Shown one piece after another: positions 1-14,926 of a DNA stretch of 64,000 nt. This DNA is from Phoronis australis (taxonomy: Eukaryota; Animalia; Phoronida). The notes beneath the pieces were generated by a model. That model did no database searches. It had not been told where the DNA came from and was given only the letters and a program-made list of their open reading frames with translations. The number at the start of each line of letters is the position of its first letter. Within the stretch, counting starts at the first letter, position 1. Position numbers and translations under genes: made by a program. The DNA lies in NCBI GenBank assembly GCA_002633005.1, contig NMRA01000310.1, positions 376,624-440,623 on the forward strand. The letters are read 5' to 3'.

Positions 1-1732
1 TAAATGCTCATCTTGGCTACTGTGTAAAATTTCCTGAAAAACAAACCAGAGGTCAAAGGCTCATAAACCACTTAACAATAAAAAAATCTGAAGACTCCTC
101 AGCACGTCAGCTTCCAGGAGAACTTATCTGTGGCATAACCACACCACAAACGCCACTTGCTGTTCTATAATTACGTTAAATCCTGAACTAATTCAGTTAT
201 TGCTCAATATCAACAGTTCTGATTGGACCTGCTCGGTGGCACAGCTTTGTTCTCAGATTTCTGATAAATTTTGCCCAGCTGTGCAGGTGGATTGGATTTC
301 AGTTTTCGACCAACTGCCCTCCTTGCAACATGTGTCTAGCAAGCTACATCCTTTACTGTGTTGATATATAGCCTTGTGGTCACATGACTATATTGGCAAC
401 AACTGGTGGGGCAGTTAGAGGTGGAGCCAACACTCAAAGTCTTTGTGCTTATGCCCTAAAAATTAACCCCAAGCTAATGATAATTAGTTCAACTTCAGAC
501 TTCTACATTCCACCTGTATTAACAGGAAAGGTTGTAGAACTCTTTAGCATAATGAGAGCACAAAAGTAACTTTAGACACAAGGATTACTAATACTGTTGT
601 ATGAGACAGTCCAAGTTGACTAAGACAACATACAAATTTGTTCATTCGCAGACATTTTTATGAGAACCATTTGAATATTCCACTGCACGATAGCAGCATT
701 GCGGCTAGCTGCGTGATTGCAAAGAATTAAAAAATGGTGTGCAATCCCACCGCAAAGATATTCTGTTATATTGGACATTTCTGTGTGAAGCATTTGAGTA
801 TCCCATCTCACAACAGGAGTATTGTTACACTGTGATGTGAAAAAACGCTGTGAAGTCCTGCTGCCTTAAATATTTATTCAGATGAACAACAGGTGGCTCT
901 GTACAATTTCCACCTAATGCTCTGTGTCATCTAGCCATAAAAAATATTGGAGAATATCTTTTACACCCAGGCCTTGTCCTGTGAGACCTGGGGACCCTCA
1001 TCAAGGTACACACACCTTTGTGTTCTGGCTTTTTAAGAATATTTTTGGAGGGCCATTTCCTAAGTAATACCACCGAGTAGATATTAGTCTCACTAAGCGC
1101 AGTTTATGAAATGTTATTCACAGTATTGAGAATACGCTTGAAAACACCCTGCAGCACACACTTTGCGCATGTTAGGAACCATGTAGGAAACTGCACAATG
1201 CAGGAATATTATTACATACCATAGGACAATGAATGATTTCTTATGCAGCACAACAGTGTGAGTCGTATTAATTTTCTCGGAGGTGATGTCAAAATAATTT
1301 TAATGAGCATTTATAATGTTAAAATGAAGCACGTTGTGCTCTTTCATTTTAAGCAGGAGAAGTGTGTTATTACTGTAATGTTGTTTTATTTTTAACAAAA
1401 TGCAAACCTGGATCAACGCTGACTGAGCGTACGTAGTGAAAGAGCCCCTGAAGTGTTATGTTACCTTTTTGAAGGCAGTTTTTGGTCACCGTGACTTGTT
1501 CTGCTTGCTGCAAAGTTCAGCTATTACTGTAGACTATAGACTATTGCAGTGCTAGCGGTGTGAAAAAAAGGGAATTTAAACAAGTTTTCAGAGTTTATTG
1601 TACCGATACCCATGCTTTTATTTGTGGAAACATACAATTGATTTTTAATTCATGTAAAGGCAAAACGCTGGATTCCCATTTTGCGCGAAGGCCTATATTT
1701 TGATATTATTTCAACAGAGGTAATTACAATTC

Positions 1733-1915
1733 CAGGGCTTAAAATTTTTTTCTTTTAAGATGATTTCCTCTTTTAGGTTTTATTCGTGCAAAAAACATTT
1801 ATGTCAGTTAAATTTTACACAAAAATGTTTCTTTCACACAAGTCTGTAGGTTTGTGGAACGATACATCACTTGGAAAATTTTCCTCTTTTTTATCTTTGG
1901 TCATTCCTAGCCCTG
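1733..1915. mobile_element. hAT-like MITE, related family, 6-bp TSD
   Basis: CAGGGCT...AGCCCTG flanked by caattc on both sides. Confidence 0.75.
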
Positions 1916-4900
1916 CAATTCCTACATTGACCAGATTCCTACATGATTCCTGACATGTACACAAAAATCTATCATTGTCATCAGCTTGCTTGTACAAAAC
2001 CCAATGAGCATCAAAGCCTAGCTGTGTTTGTATACATTGTGATCTGTTTTTTCCATTATAATCTTCTATATCACCACTGCAGAATGAATTGAGCTGAGCT
2101 GTTGAGACAACTCAGTACACACGCGCTCACACCTACACGCATAAACATGTAATAAAAGGAACCCATTAGAAAAATTTTGGTTTCATTAGCAATACTTGTA
2201 TATTGTTGCCAGAACATCAAAGGCATTTTTTATGGTAATTCTTACTTAGTCTATTTAGCACCCAATATGGCCGACACATTTGTCACATTTCGCAACAAAA
2301 ATGAACATTAAGAGAATTCTATTTTATTAATACGGTCTGTGATTAAACAATCCTTTTTGTAACATTGCAATAAAAATGTCAATTTTGACAGTTATTTTTG
2401 TGCAAAATCAGACAGTTAAGAATTAGAAAATTGAAGTGGACATGCGATGTTATATTTTGGGGTTTCTGGGAGGATAATGGTACATTGTTAATATTTAAAC
2501 GGCTATAAATCATTCTATGGCCATTAACTTTCTTCACAGACATATTTGCTCTTTTAATATAAGTTGGGCCTGGGGCCTGTTCTTTTCCATTGTTTGAAAT
2601 TGTTTTCAATAAATCACCTGAGGTGCCACCGATAGTAATTCTACACGGTTCGTCGTTCTGTTTCTGTGAGTGAGGCTGACCAACCCTGACCGACACTGGT
2701 GTTAAACTGTAGTGACTTTAAATCCTCTCAAGCCTAGGAAGTACGGTAACATGTTAAGATCGGCAAGTGACCCACGTCAAAAGTTGGTTTTTGACAGAAG
2801 GTAGGGGTTTAGTGCCACTCCTGCTGAATTATAAAACCTCACTTCCATGTATGTGCTTCAATGTGAGTGTGCAAATTTACTCTTAATTTATTCTAATTTT
2901 ATTATTTCTTTTTTTAATTTATTGTAATATGTCACTACTACATTATATAGACAAGTGAAATTTTATTTTTTAAAGACGATCACCAAATAAATGCTTAATC
3001 ATTTTTAATGAATGTCTACTAGCTTCCTCCTGGCGAATTGAGAAGTTGTGGGCATTCAGAACCAAATGAAGTGTTTTTAAAATGAGAACGGTCAATGTGG
3101 CAAAATTAGTGAGATTTTATCGTACACTATGATTGGATCATGGCATGTTAACTTTGGCTAATGGTATATTTTATTCATGAAATAGGATCTTTCTATTATT
3201 ATTATTATTCACCATTGTATGTGCATGGTTGTCTGTATTATACAAAAGTCGGTGAGTCTACTGGTACATAAATGGCATTCATGTATTTAGCCAGCACTCC
3301 TTCCTTGAGGCAAATTTTGGTAAATATGACGGGACTTGATTCCGAACTACCTTATTAGTTTGCTACAATAAAGATCTTGGAAACAATACGCTTCTGGTTA
3401 AGATATGGAGATATGGCCAGTAAATACACAGCCTAGATTCCAGGCAGAAGGGTCTTCAAGATCTTAAAGTGTAACCAACTAAAGTTGGTTCTGAACTGAA
3501 AATGCGTCATATTTGGCAAAACAGACAGTATTGTGTTCCTATTTAAAAACATGATTTTCTACAAACAAAGTCACACCATGTGGAGGTGCTCCATCATGAC
3601 TTGCAGTTGGCCCACACAGCAGGCTTGCTGCTTGAGAGTCAACTATGGCTTTTATGTTGATTGGACCACCATCAAAATTTTAACTTGGTTAGCTTGTTAC
3701 AGTTCATACTGGGATAGATTTAAGTTCAAACTTCAGAGCCTGAGAATATTGTTTGTTAGCTGCTACAAAACATTTTTTTCTGGTTCTTGTCAATAGCTAG
3801 CATAACTGTTGCACTTTGACCTCACACGACCTTGTTGCCACGACGATCATGTTACCAAAACAGTGAAATTAGAGGTGGGATGTTTGATCAATCTAAGCAC
3901 CTTGGCTGGTCTAATGTTTCTAGGATACTGTTAATTAGTGTCAGTTGGTCAATGTTTTTGTGGTTCCTTGTCGAGTCCTAGCCCATGTGCTCCATCTTTG
4001 AAAGAATAAAGGATTTTGAACTTAGTAATTTAGCAAATTGTTATAAAAAAAAGAATTGCTGGTGGTCTGGTCCACATTGCATCAGACGTACGAAGGCCAC
4101 TTTGCTGGGCCCATTGCACTGATCATCTGGAGCCTGTTTTATTAATATAGATCTGACTCAAGGGTATAGCAGTGTGCCCCAGTGGGACCCACCACCTTGA
4201 ATAAATTAAGCAGACACATATCTCACTAGGCTGCACTGCCTCCTCAAGGGCAAAGTGTTATTGCTTAGATTTCCATTTATTCATCTATAGCGTGTATATT
4301 GTTTAATATGCATTTGTCTAAGATCGTCATATAACATTAAAACACTGACTCATAGGTAACGAATGAAACTCGTCTTCTGTATCACATTATTTATAGAATA
4401 GACAAATTCTGAAGTTGCAATTAGCAGGCCCTCAATCAAAATTCAATTTCAAGGCAATAATTTGAACATAAAAGTTTTGTTAAATTTCTTCTGACATTTT
4501 AAGGCTGCAAAATCTGTAGAATATGAATTTATTGACTGAACTTCTCGAAACAGTAAGTGCAACACCTGATTTATGCCCTTATTTCCTCAAAATTGAATAA
4601 ACGAACGTGCCCGTGTGTTTAGCGAGAAATTCTTGATAATTTGGTGTAAACTTTCTTAGCTTTCACCTTGCAATGAAACAACACTATTTTGAAAAAAACT
4701 GGCAAAAACAAATCACAAATTGACCAAATTATGCACTGCTGTTTCATAGCTTCAGGACGTTTTCAATGCTAAAGGATTATTTAAGGCGAATTCAGTGGAT
4801 CTCATTGATAATTGCAGTTTTATGATTTTAGTGAATTTCTAAATTCTTTTACAATGTATAAAAACTAGGAGGGCTAAACACGAAACTGAAATCAGTTTAA

Positions 4901-5886
4901 TGAGGTCAGTATTGTCTGACATTGACCAGGTTCAGATATTTTGACGCTTACCTCAGGACGTACTACTATAAACCCTCCCGCGATCTATTTTTAAAGCATT
5001 TGTAGCCGAAGTTCATTGGAACCAGTTGAATTGTACGTCGCAGTTGCCTTGTTACTTTTGAAATAGAACATAATAACTGCGTGAGTGTTATCAACCTGGT
5101 TCATTATAATACGGTCGTATATTTTGGTTTTGCTTTTCCATCCAGAGAAGCAATTTTAGGTGCTATGCCTTCGAACATCTACAGTGTGAACTTCTTTCTG
5201 CTGGCAAAGCAACAAGGTCTTGGACGTTAGCAACAAGGTCTTGGACGTTATTAACAACTAAGTTGACACGCATGAATGGTTTCACACTCAGACAGATGTT
5301 TGTTAAATTAAATTCAATGAAATGAAAGATTTAGTTCGTAGTTCCTTCAATCGTGCTAGGTTCACATAAGTGGCGATAATGCTAGCAGTCTCACTGGCTA
5401 AACCGCCTGCAAAAACTCTAGCATTTTAGCAAAGCACGCCAGCTGTCCGCAAAGGGTCATTTTCGCCAGCAGTTAATTTGTTTCCTTACCTCCAGAATCT
5501 CTTTTAAATGAAAATAAATGTCAAAACACACTCACTCTCTGCCATAAATTGATTAATGCGATGATTAACAAGGACCTTTTACCCCTACGCATGTATTTCC
5601 TTTGAAGTAAGCCATCTAGCTACAAAAACGTTAGCAAAAACTTCAGTTATTTTGGAGTAACTCAAAGCGCTAGCAATAGAGACACTTGTTATTGTTTACA
5701 CTTCTAGCGTTTATCATTTATGCAAAAGTGTTAGCAAAAACGCTATAGACTTTCAGCTATGAGGAGATATACAACTTCTTTGGGCTGTGAGCAATGCAAT
5801 TTGCGGCCTTTTCAATTTCGTTGATGGAAAAAAATACATGAAGTTGTGATTATAAACTACTGTCGATTTCAAGTGTTTATAGCTGG

Positions 5887-6185
5887 AGGGTGTGCCGTCG
5901 AAACAGGAACCGCGGTGTAAACCAAATAGTCCAGAGTTAAAAACAGACTCCCTCACTTTCAAAACAGTAACCAGCCCGAAAAACAGGTCCCTGGCCTTTA
6001 AAACTAACAGGAAATCAGGGGACCAAAAATTGTCCTGGTTTCCTGTCCGATCCTCAAGATTCCTGTTTTAAAGGTGGGGGTTCCTGTTTTCTGGGCTGGT
6101 TAGCTGTTTTGAAGGTGCAGGAGTCTGTTTTCGACTTTGGGATATCTGTTTTACACCGGGGTTCCTGTTTCATTGGAACACCCTG
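5887..6185. mobile_element. Foldback MITE with ~130-bp imperfect arms
   Basis: agggtgtgccgtcgaaacaggaac...gttcctgtttcattggaacaccctg; flanks agctgg/aactgg. Confidence 0.75.
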
Positions 6186-8430
6186 AACTGGAGATACCAC
6201 AAATGAAGCCACACAGGTGGGTTAAGGCAGGACAGTGATGGCTGCTGGGAGAGTACCATAGTGGCCAATTTATTGACTGTAAAATTACCATCTGTGAGTA
6301 ATGACTGGCTATAAAATGCCTGGTTCTCATTTTGGCTGAGGTACATCACTGGTGTTTTTAAACACTTATTGACAATTAGCTCATGTGTCTAGCTTTGCCT
6401 TTGTAATTCTGCTCCAAAGATGATTTTAAGCGATTGGTAATGGTAAACCCAGCATTTTAGAGTCTAAAATATGCAGAACTGAAAAAGCTAGTGCACATTA
6501 AGGGTCTTAATTATTTTAATCCTTGTGATTCCTTTGTACTACTTCAAAAGGGTCAAATATAATTTGTTCAAACACCTTCAAATTAAGGTGATGGTTAATG
6601 TTTGGTTCTTGATGGTCAAAATACAAATATGTAGTTAGGCTCTTCATTTCTGAGGTAAACAGATATGTGAGCAATTCAGTCAAGTAATGTAACACGGCCA
6701 TGGTTAGTACTTAATTTCCGGTATCCCTAATAAAATTTCAAAGTTAATTAAAATTGCTTTTGAATAAAACTACGAGTACTTAGAAGACTTATACAAGTTA
6801 TCCATTAGGATGTTAAAAATTTAGATTAATATTTAAAATTCAGATAATTTGGACTTCTAGGATTATCTCGAAATTTAGTAACTGATATTGACTAGCTTTG
6901 CTATTTATGTAAGGCTCACCTGACTGCTTGTCAAAGACCTGTCCTTCACTCTGGCACTTGCTTCCACAACCCAGATAATTTGACTTTATGACTTTCACAT
7001 GTGTCTGTCCAATGTTTATGTTTGACACACTGTGCATGAATGGTGGTCTTGCTGGCCCTTTATTGGTCAGTTGTCATAATGGATCAAACCATTGTTTATA
7101 GAGGAGGGATGGCTAGATTTATGCTGTGGCTTGCACTGCAGCAAAAAATGTAATTGAAGTTTTTATGGGTCAAAGGTCACAATAGAGAATTTCAGCTTTG
7201 GCAGTAGGGTTGTGAAGCACTTAATGATGGAAAACAATCAAAATGCTACTCGTCTGAGATATTTCTAATTTTGTTAGCTTATGTGCCATATACCATCATA
7301 TGCCAATATAAGTTCAGAGACTTGAAAGTGGGTTGGACTGCCTTAACAGCTCAAAAAGTATGTTCTTCAAAGTGTTGCTATGGCATTAAATTTGATGCAG
7401 GTATGTTAATCCTCCCTCCCCCCATATTTCTAAAGCAGGGCCCCCAATGCCTCTATTTTAGGCCTGATTATTGGCCTATTCCCCTTTTTATGTAGTTAAA
7501 TTACACGAAATTCACCTCATCAGACCCAAAAATTCCCTTCCAACGATTAAGAAATTTACTAAAATGTTAAAATTACATACTCTAGACCCTTGGTTTAGTG
7601 TAAAAATCGTCCCTACACCAAGTTAGGAAATTAGTTTATTTTGTAACTGTATAGTCATGAATTTTCAGTATTTACAGTAGTCTCGAACTGAGGGTCTGGA
7701 TTTGAGACTGTGATTACAGCCTAGATATGGAGAACAGGATTAGTTTTACGCAAATACCGGGATGATCGTATACAATGAGCAAAATAGTCATTCTTGGATT
7801 CCTGACACCCCTACTTTTTAGGCCAGTCCAATTTCAAAAAAACAAGCTGTGTATAAGGACTAAAATTAGTTTTGGCTACTTGATACAGTGTTGCTTAGGG
7901 GTGTTGCTTAGGGGTGCTGCCCATGGAGGGTGTGAAATTCATGATGTCTAGGAGATTTTCCTCTCCCAGAAAAATAAATTTCTCATCTCAGAAGGCTCAG
8001 GCACCTTCTTTTGAGGTCAGTATAGGCCATGTAAGGCTCCACAATAAAAACTGCGAATTTCCGGACAGTTTAATGTAGTTTTTCTATTTTGAATTTATAT
8101 ACATGAACTGTTGCTTGGTCATCTCATGGCTTTGTCAGGAATATGCAATGCGCGTTCTCCTTATTTGGAAATGTGACACATTGACACCTAGAAGAACGGA
8201 AATATGGCGACTTTGGCAGAAAACACAACTTTGAAATGAGCTCATATATCACTTGTGGAGGGTAGGTTTAAACTGGGTTTAGAAAAAAAGTTATTATTCA
8301 TTCCATGCGTTTTTCAAACCTGGTGAATTTTTTGAAAATTCCTTTACAGATTAAAGGGAATAACTCTAGTAGGCATTATGAGTTACTTTTGTCAAAAATT
8401 GTGTCATTCTGGGCTTAGATTTTCACAAGA

Positions 8431-8690
8431 CATAGGGGGTAATAAACAATTGTCTTCTCAGTCATAACCATAAACCCTTTGTTAGGCTGTGTTTACAACA
8501 GGGGCTGGTGTATGGCTATAAGTACAGGGTTTAAAAAGAACTACTTTCGCTGACCTTGCATATCAATTTCATAGGGTTTATGTGGTGTCTGTGAACAACA
8601 CCCTTGCTTTACAACCATCTGCAAAATTCTCAGCTATCATTTGGAGTAAATAACCTCTCCAAGCTCAAAATATAAAAAAGGATTAGTACC
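8431..8690 (+). repeat. Dispersed repeat family, 4 copies (also 12609-12860, 23340-23490 on minus, 47534-47662)
   Basis: Shared catagggggtaat-aaacaatt.tcttctcag.ca..accataaaccc start. Confidence 0.7.
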
Positions 8691-10971
8691 GGTGTATGAA
8701 CTTCTGTGTACCATGCCTCTACATCATATGACTACCAAGCCTGGTGGACGAAAGATCAGAAGCGCTGCACTTTACAATGAGGTGGATCCAGATTCTCACG
8801 CAAAGTCAATATCCGCATATTTTACTGAGGTCTGAAATTGAATTTGTTTGTTCTGTTGACTGGCGTGTCATCAAGTTGTTGCTAACATTCACTTCTCTGG
8901 GCTTGGAAACCTATTACCCTGTCCAGCTTAGCCAGTATACAGCCTAACTGTGATTTATGGCTTTCTAATGTTCAGTGTTTAAAATGAATCACTGGTAATG
9001 AGACCCACAAATTTTGCTCCCTCTGAAAACTACCAGCAGTGAGTTGGGAATGGAACTGCACTGGTGAAAGTACATTAAAATGCAGGTTGGAAATGAGTCA
9101 ATATTGTTTGCATTAAAGTTATGATGAAATAAAGCTTAGAACTATAGTAAGCCTAATTGTTTAATCATTTTTCCAAGAACTGATTTATAAACACCTTGCC
9201 TAACAGGATTATATGCTGAGAAATTTACAGGATGTATTTATTATTCTTGGAATAAGTAGCTGCAGGGGGCCACTGACTCTTACATAAGTGTCATTTAAGA
9301 ATGAATAGCTTGGAGGTCTATGTACCAAGTTTTAAAGAAATAAACAAAATCTTTCACCAGTTTATTTAGCAGGCGTGACAGATTTTTCTTAAGTTTGCTT
9401 GAAGCTTTTTTAATATTTTTTGTGCTTTGTTAAGAAAATGTTAAGTATTATAAGAAATAAACATTCATTAAATGTCTGTGAATCAGTATTTATATATGAT
9501 ACTGCCTAGAAGAAGCTTTGTTTAAAAAAGTGAACTTTGTGCCCCATTGCTGTTTACTAATATCTAAGGGTCATTGAGGAGGCATTTGTTGTGTTGAATT
9601 ACACGAAAGCATTGCTAGGCAGAATGGCACTTAAATTGAAGGCATTTTGCTCAAGGTTGGAGTTTGTCCAAAATTATAGAAATAGACAAACTGACTATCC
9701 CAAATTCAAGAATTACCGGAAAGACGTCACAGTTATCCACTCTGTAGCTTGGAAAACACATCGTCGGAAATTTGAGAAACATGGTAATCACCAATATCAC
9801 TCTCATCCAAATTCCGGGATCAAGAAAATCCAATTCACGTGAGCTTTTGTGTCCTAAATTCTAGAGACTGTTCCAAATTATAGAATTTTAGTTGTTCCAA
9901 TGAGTTTCTGACATGCCTATTGTTGGACCACCCACAGTGGAGGTCTGTGACAACATACCACTAGCTATCTATCCACTTGACTGTACATCAAAGCCATACC
10001 CTTAATTAGCTGAAGCCCCAAAGCCTGTCTTTCAACAAATGGTTGTAATTATTGTTCGCAATGTGAAAAAATAAAACTGGTTATCCGACAAAGACGTAAA
10101 AAACAACTAAGACATGAAAAATGATGGTGCTTATGACGCACTGTGCCAGACAATGGAAATTTTATTTCATCAGTTTTCTCAACATGACTAAAGCTATTGA
10201 GAATTTTAGGCCACGTTTAGTTTGATTTGTGCTGTGTAAAGATGATTAAACAACATTTAGTAAAAGTTTCTCTTATTTTACATTGAGGTTAAGCCAGCCT
10301 TTATGAAGTAGTAATGTTAAGAATGTAAGAATTATTGTAATTGTTTTCGTATGAATAACTAAAGACTTGACATTGTACATTGCCATCAGTGCTAATTATG
10401 AACCTTTAAGACTTTTTTCACAGATTTTATGACTGCTATCAAAGTGCCTGGTTCTGATTTTGTCAATAAACCCTAAGTGGTTGCCATGGCAACAGAATTC
10501 AAAACATGGTGTGACTTGATATGCAGCTTCTATTTATTAATTGCAAGTTAGGGTCATTAAGTGCAGAAGGTGTTAGGCAAGAAACACTCAACCAAAAAAT
10601 TATTATTAGTGTAACGTTTAGTTGAGTTTTATTTTTGTAAATAATAATATTAAAGTTCAAAGTTCTGATGAGTCCCAGTATGCATTTGTGTTAAGATTAG
10701 TGTAGGACTGTATCAACAAGTCCTTACATTTAGCCAAATATTTACAGAATTACAGAATTTAATTTGACAAAATATACATTTTCTAAATTTTAAGCAAAAA
10801 TTAATGTAGAATTTGATTGTTGGCTTCATAGCACCAATTTTCTCTTAATAAGCTCGCGTGACCATGATTTTTATCATAGCAAAATTTTATCAAAAAAGAA
10901 TTTCGAATGTACATGTCATAGCAAAACAACAGGATCAATTGCGTGACAAAAATTCATACTTAGAGGATGCA

Positions 10972-11180
10972 GGGCAGCCTAGTGGGATAAGTGTCTGCTT
11001 CCTTCACTCAAGATCGTAGGTTCAAGTCCCACTGTGGCACAGTGCCAGACCCAGGCTTTTAATTCATCAGCTCGGTTTTAACTATATATAGCATAAATAT
11101 GGTTCCAGGTGATAAGTGCAATGGGCCCACGTGCGCGGCCTTCACATGTCTGGTACAACGTGTACCGGACCGCCTGCAAA
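10972..11180 (+). mobile_element. tRNA-derived SINE
   Basis: cctagtgggataag head, B box GGTTCAAGTCC at 11019-11029; second copy at 15251-15447. Confidence 0.65.
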
Positions 11181-11502
11181 TATTTTAAAATTATTTTCAT
11201 TGATATAAATGTTCAAGATGAAGAGTCATAAACACTTAGCAGTTTTCTAAATTATCGTTTCGTTTTCGTTATCTGCAAAAGTGGAACATTCTAAAGACAA
11301 ATATGGTTCCAGGTGATCAATGCAATGGGCCCTCATGCGCGGCCTTCACATGTCTGGTACAACGTGTACCGGACTGCCTGCAAATATTTTAAAATTATTT
11401 TCATTGATATTAATGTTCAAGATAAAGAGTCATAAACACTTAGCAGTTTTCTAAATTATCGTTTCGTTTTCATTATCTGCAAAAGTGGAACATTCTAAAG
11501 AC
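11095..11502. repeat. Tandem duplication, 2 x 204 bp
   Basis: aaatatggttccaggtgat...ctaaagac at 11095 and 11299, near identical. Confidence 0.9.
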
Positions 11503-12914
11503 AATTCCTGACACCGTTATGGAGAACGGTGCATGAAGCTTGATATCTGGAAGTTTCACTGGAATCCGTTCTGCCACTTCTGTGATGTGATGTTCGAAAC
11601 TTGGCCAAAATTGACCGTTTTTCTGATGCCCTAAACATCGAGTCCTATGTAGTGACAGCTTATTAGGACTTGTAGTATAACTTGGGGATCACAATGAACG
11701 TGGCAGCAGCGTTGTGTTGTGTGATGTATCTCAGCCCGTCAATGACGTGGTAGTATTTCGTAACTAAGTTTAAAACACTCAATTACTCAACTGGCAGTAG
11801 TAAAGTGTGGACTGTCTTTAGTTACTAGACAAGTGAAAGGTTTATATACATTTGTTACAAATGTGTGGGTTGCATGAACTGAACTTCTTGATCGGAGATT
11901 CTACAGAAAACAACTTTACAGTAAACAACTGTAGGAACTTTCTGCAACAATCATAACAACTTCTCTACTATGTTTGCCATATATGGTAATGGTCAGCTGT
12001 CTCAAGGCAACCATTCTGATTACGGTACTTTCAATTGTGTGGATGCACCGGATGACCCACTGACTCAGCTGAAAGACAAAAGAAGTTAGTATAAACATCT
12101 CAACAATCTACTAATTTAAAAGTAGTAATATCGATAATATTAGAAAAATTCTAGTAAAGTAAAATATATCATGAATATTCCACGGCTCTCATGACATAGG
12201 TTATCCCCCCTGTATATCAAGGGAATCACCATGACTATCTTATGAAGTCAATAATAGTCCTCACAGCTCACTGCAAGCCTGGTAAGCAAAGTCGAGCCCA
12301 GAATCTTAATCATGACTATACCATCGCCAAACACATTGCTGTACTCACAAAACGGGGATGTATGCACCACTAAAACGTCTCATGATTTTAGGTGGATAAG
12401 CCATGATTTTTGAAACCAGCACTGTTGGGCAGTGGGTAAGCCATATTAACAGGGGGAGGGGTGGCTTTGAACTTTGTATTATGAAGTGAGGATCGCCGTA
12501 TTATTTCCCATATCACTAAGTAGTTGCAGTATTGGAACAACATGAGTTTTACTAAGTAGTACTCATCTTCAGAAATGTACAATATTCGGGGCTGGGATAT
12601 TTAGAATTCATAGGGGTAATTAAACAATTATCTTCTCAGCCAGGACCATAAATCATTTGGTAAGCTAAGTTTATTTACACTGGCCAACTGGGACATTTGT
12701 ATGACTAAGCAGAATTCACAGAGAAGTGCATGCTTTTACTGACCTTGCATGTCAATTTCCAAAAGGCCTTTAATTGTGCGTAAACAACACCCATGATTTA
12801 CAACCATCTGCAAAATTCTAAGCCACTGTAGGGACTGGTTACCACCTCCAAGCCTAAAATGGACATTGTTTTCAATGCAAGACTTATAAACAACATGTTG
12901 TTACATCTTTTCAG

Positions 12915-13094
12915 ACCCTTGTGAGAATCTGGGATTGTTTCCTGCTAGAAGGACCCAAAGTATTGTTCAGGTTTGCGCTGGCCATCTTGAAGATTCACGA
13001 GAGTAGTGTCCTGCAGAAGAACGATACAATTAGCATCATGCGCCATCTGAAGACGTGTGCCAGACTTACGTTTGATGTGGAAGGTTTGATGAAG
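12915..13094 (+). CDS. TBC1D2-like RabGAP/beta-propeller gene, first exon in window (TBC domain C-terminal part)
   Basis: tttcag acceptor, gtaatg donor, 180 bp, phase 0; TLVRIWDCFLLEGPKVLFRFALAILK is the typical TBC 'RIWDxFxxEG' helix. Upstream exons were not found in the window. Confidence 0.92.
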
Positions 13095-13952
13095 GTAATG
13101 CCTGGATCTCGAGATGCATGTAGGCTAAATGGTATTTTTACTGTTCTTGCCTGGGCTAACATCAATGCTTTTTACATAAAGGAACTCAAAAATCAGGGGG
13201 TGAGGTGTTAGCCCTATCTTGGACTTATCAAAAGATTTTTTTAAAAGGTTGTTAAAGAAATCAGGAGTGGGTGTCCACCGCAATGATAGATTTGAGTGAA
13301 CGCCCAGTTTTTTGTATTGGTGTCAGCTACTTTACACTGAATATAGGCCATGCTTTGTTTATCATTGGTAAGCATATTGTGGGGGTTCGGTGGCTGAAAT
13401 CCTCCATAGATGGGTTTGCACTAGGACGTGGCCAAAAGTTACGAATGTATAAATTGAAGGTGAACGTATGAGCGAGAATGTGCGTTTGTTACGTTAAGAA
13501 ATTTTTGAAAATTCTGGATGAGTAGTAACTAAGGCAAATGTTGGGGTTAACCCAGGGACAGCACATGCGCATCACAAGCTCACAAGTTCTGTAAATACTG
13601 TACTACTGCCCACGTCTGACATTTCAATTTTCACTTTGAAACGCCTGTCCTTGGCTTATGTCGAGATCCCCTTTATTATTGTGAACGCTTGTGTCATGTG
13701 AATGTTTGCTCCCAAAATGTACGAAACTCACCTTGAATAGCGTACTGAGTTTTAGTGACACCTTGATAAATGTAGGTAGGATACTATTGTCATTCCTCTG
13801 TTGTGTTTTATTTGATACTTACACCAGAGTTCGACTTGTTTACGAGCACCCTCAACTTCTCAAAAAAAATCTTCTTTTTAGTTTTGCCCATTCTCAGCCT
13901 AATGCCCACCCTTTGATATCCTCATTTTACACACTTTGGCGTTAACCTGGAC

Positions 13953-14194
13953 CAGTACTTGGAATTTCCTTCTTTTAAGAGGATTTCCTCTTTTTTTTAG
14001 TTTTGACTTCTCTCTGATTTGATTTCCAGTTTCCTCTTTTTTCGTCTCTTTTTGTCATCATTTTGACTTTATTCCTGCAAAAGCATTAATTTTATTTCAG
14101 TTAAATTCTACAACACAAAAATATATCTAACTGACAAGTCTATTTACTTGTGGGAAATTTTCCCCTTTTTTGTCATTGGTCTTTATTAGCCCTG
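13953..14194. mobile_element. Degenerate copy of the 1733-1915 MITE
   Basis: Shares ttcttttaagaggatttcctctttt and tgtcattggtc...agccctg. Confidence 0.65.
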
Positions 14195-14361
14195 AGTACT
14201 GTCAGGAACTTGCATGTATTTCAATGATCAGTCTTGACTTGCTTTAAATTAGTTTTTTGTAGGTAAGAATAATTTCAGTCCTCCATGTTAGTACTATTTT
14301 TCTAAAATCTTTTTCTATTCCTAGTTGATGGTTATTTTTTTTGTATTTGTCATTTTAACAG

Positions 14362-14499
14362 ACTGCGTTTGAGGAGCTGGAACCGTTCCCTCACCGCCAA
14401 GATATTCACGTGAAGCAGGCATACTACGTAAATGGCCTCAAGGAGGCACTGCGGAAAAAGGAACTGGCGCGGCGAGCGTACAGTGAGAGAGAACAGATG
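14362..14499 (+). CDS. TBC gene exon (post-TBC helix/coiled coil)
   Basis: AG/GT boundaries, 138 bp; TAFEELEPFPHRQDIHVKQAYY resembles TBC1D2 'IAFNDMNPF'; in frame with the previous exon. Confidence 0.88.
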
Positions 14500-14926
14500 G
14501 TGAGACCTCAAGTATCTTGGTTATACTGTTACTTAAACATCGTAGACTTCCGTGTCATCTTTTTTGTCACTTTCAAATCGTGTGAGATTTTGAGCTTGTT
14601 GAACATTTGTTGCTGGTTTCACATTGTAAGTTGCTAATGTCTAAATATGTTTTAGCTTTTTTTAAATAGCTTTAAGCTTATGTACTTGGAACTTAGAAAA
14701 ATGTCCAAATTTGGCAAACTTTGGAATGTCTCATCTTGGAAGTGGCCGATTGGAGGGGCTTATAATGCATAGGCTTTTATGTTATTTAGAAAAAAAATGA
14801 AAACAGAAACAAAATGATAATAATTTTATTTTTGTTCAAGACGCATCACCTGTTTTGGCTTTCTTGTGTTAGTGGTTAACCTTGGTCATTTCACTCTCAC
14901 TTTGTCAACGTGTGATTTGCTTTCAG

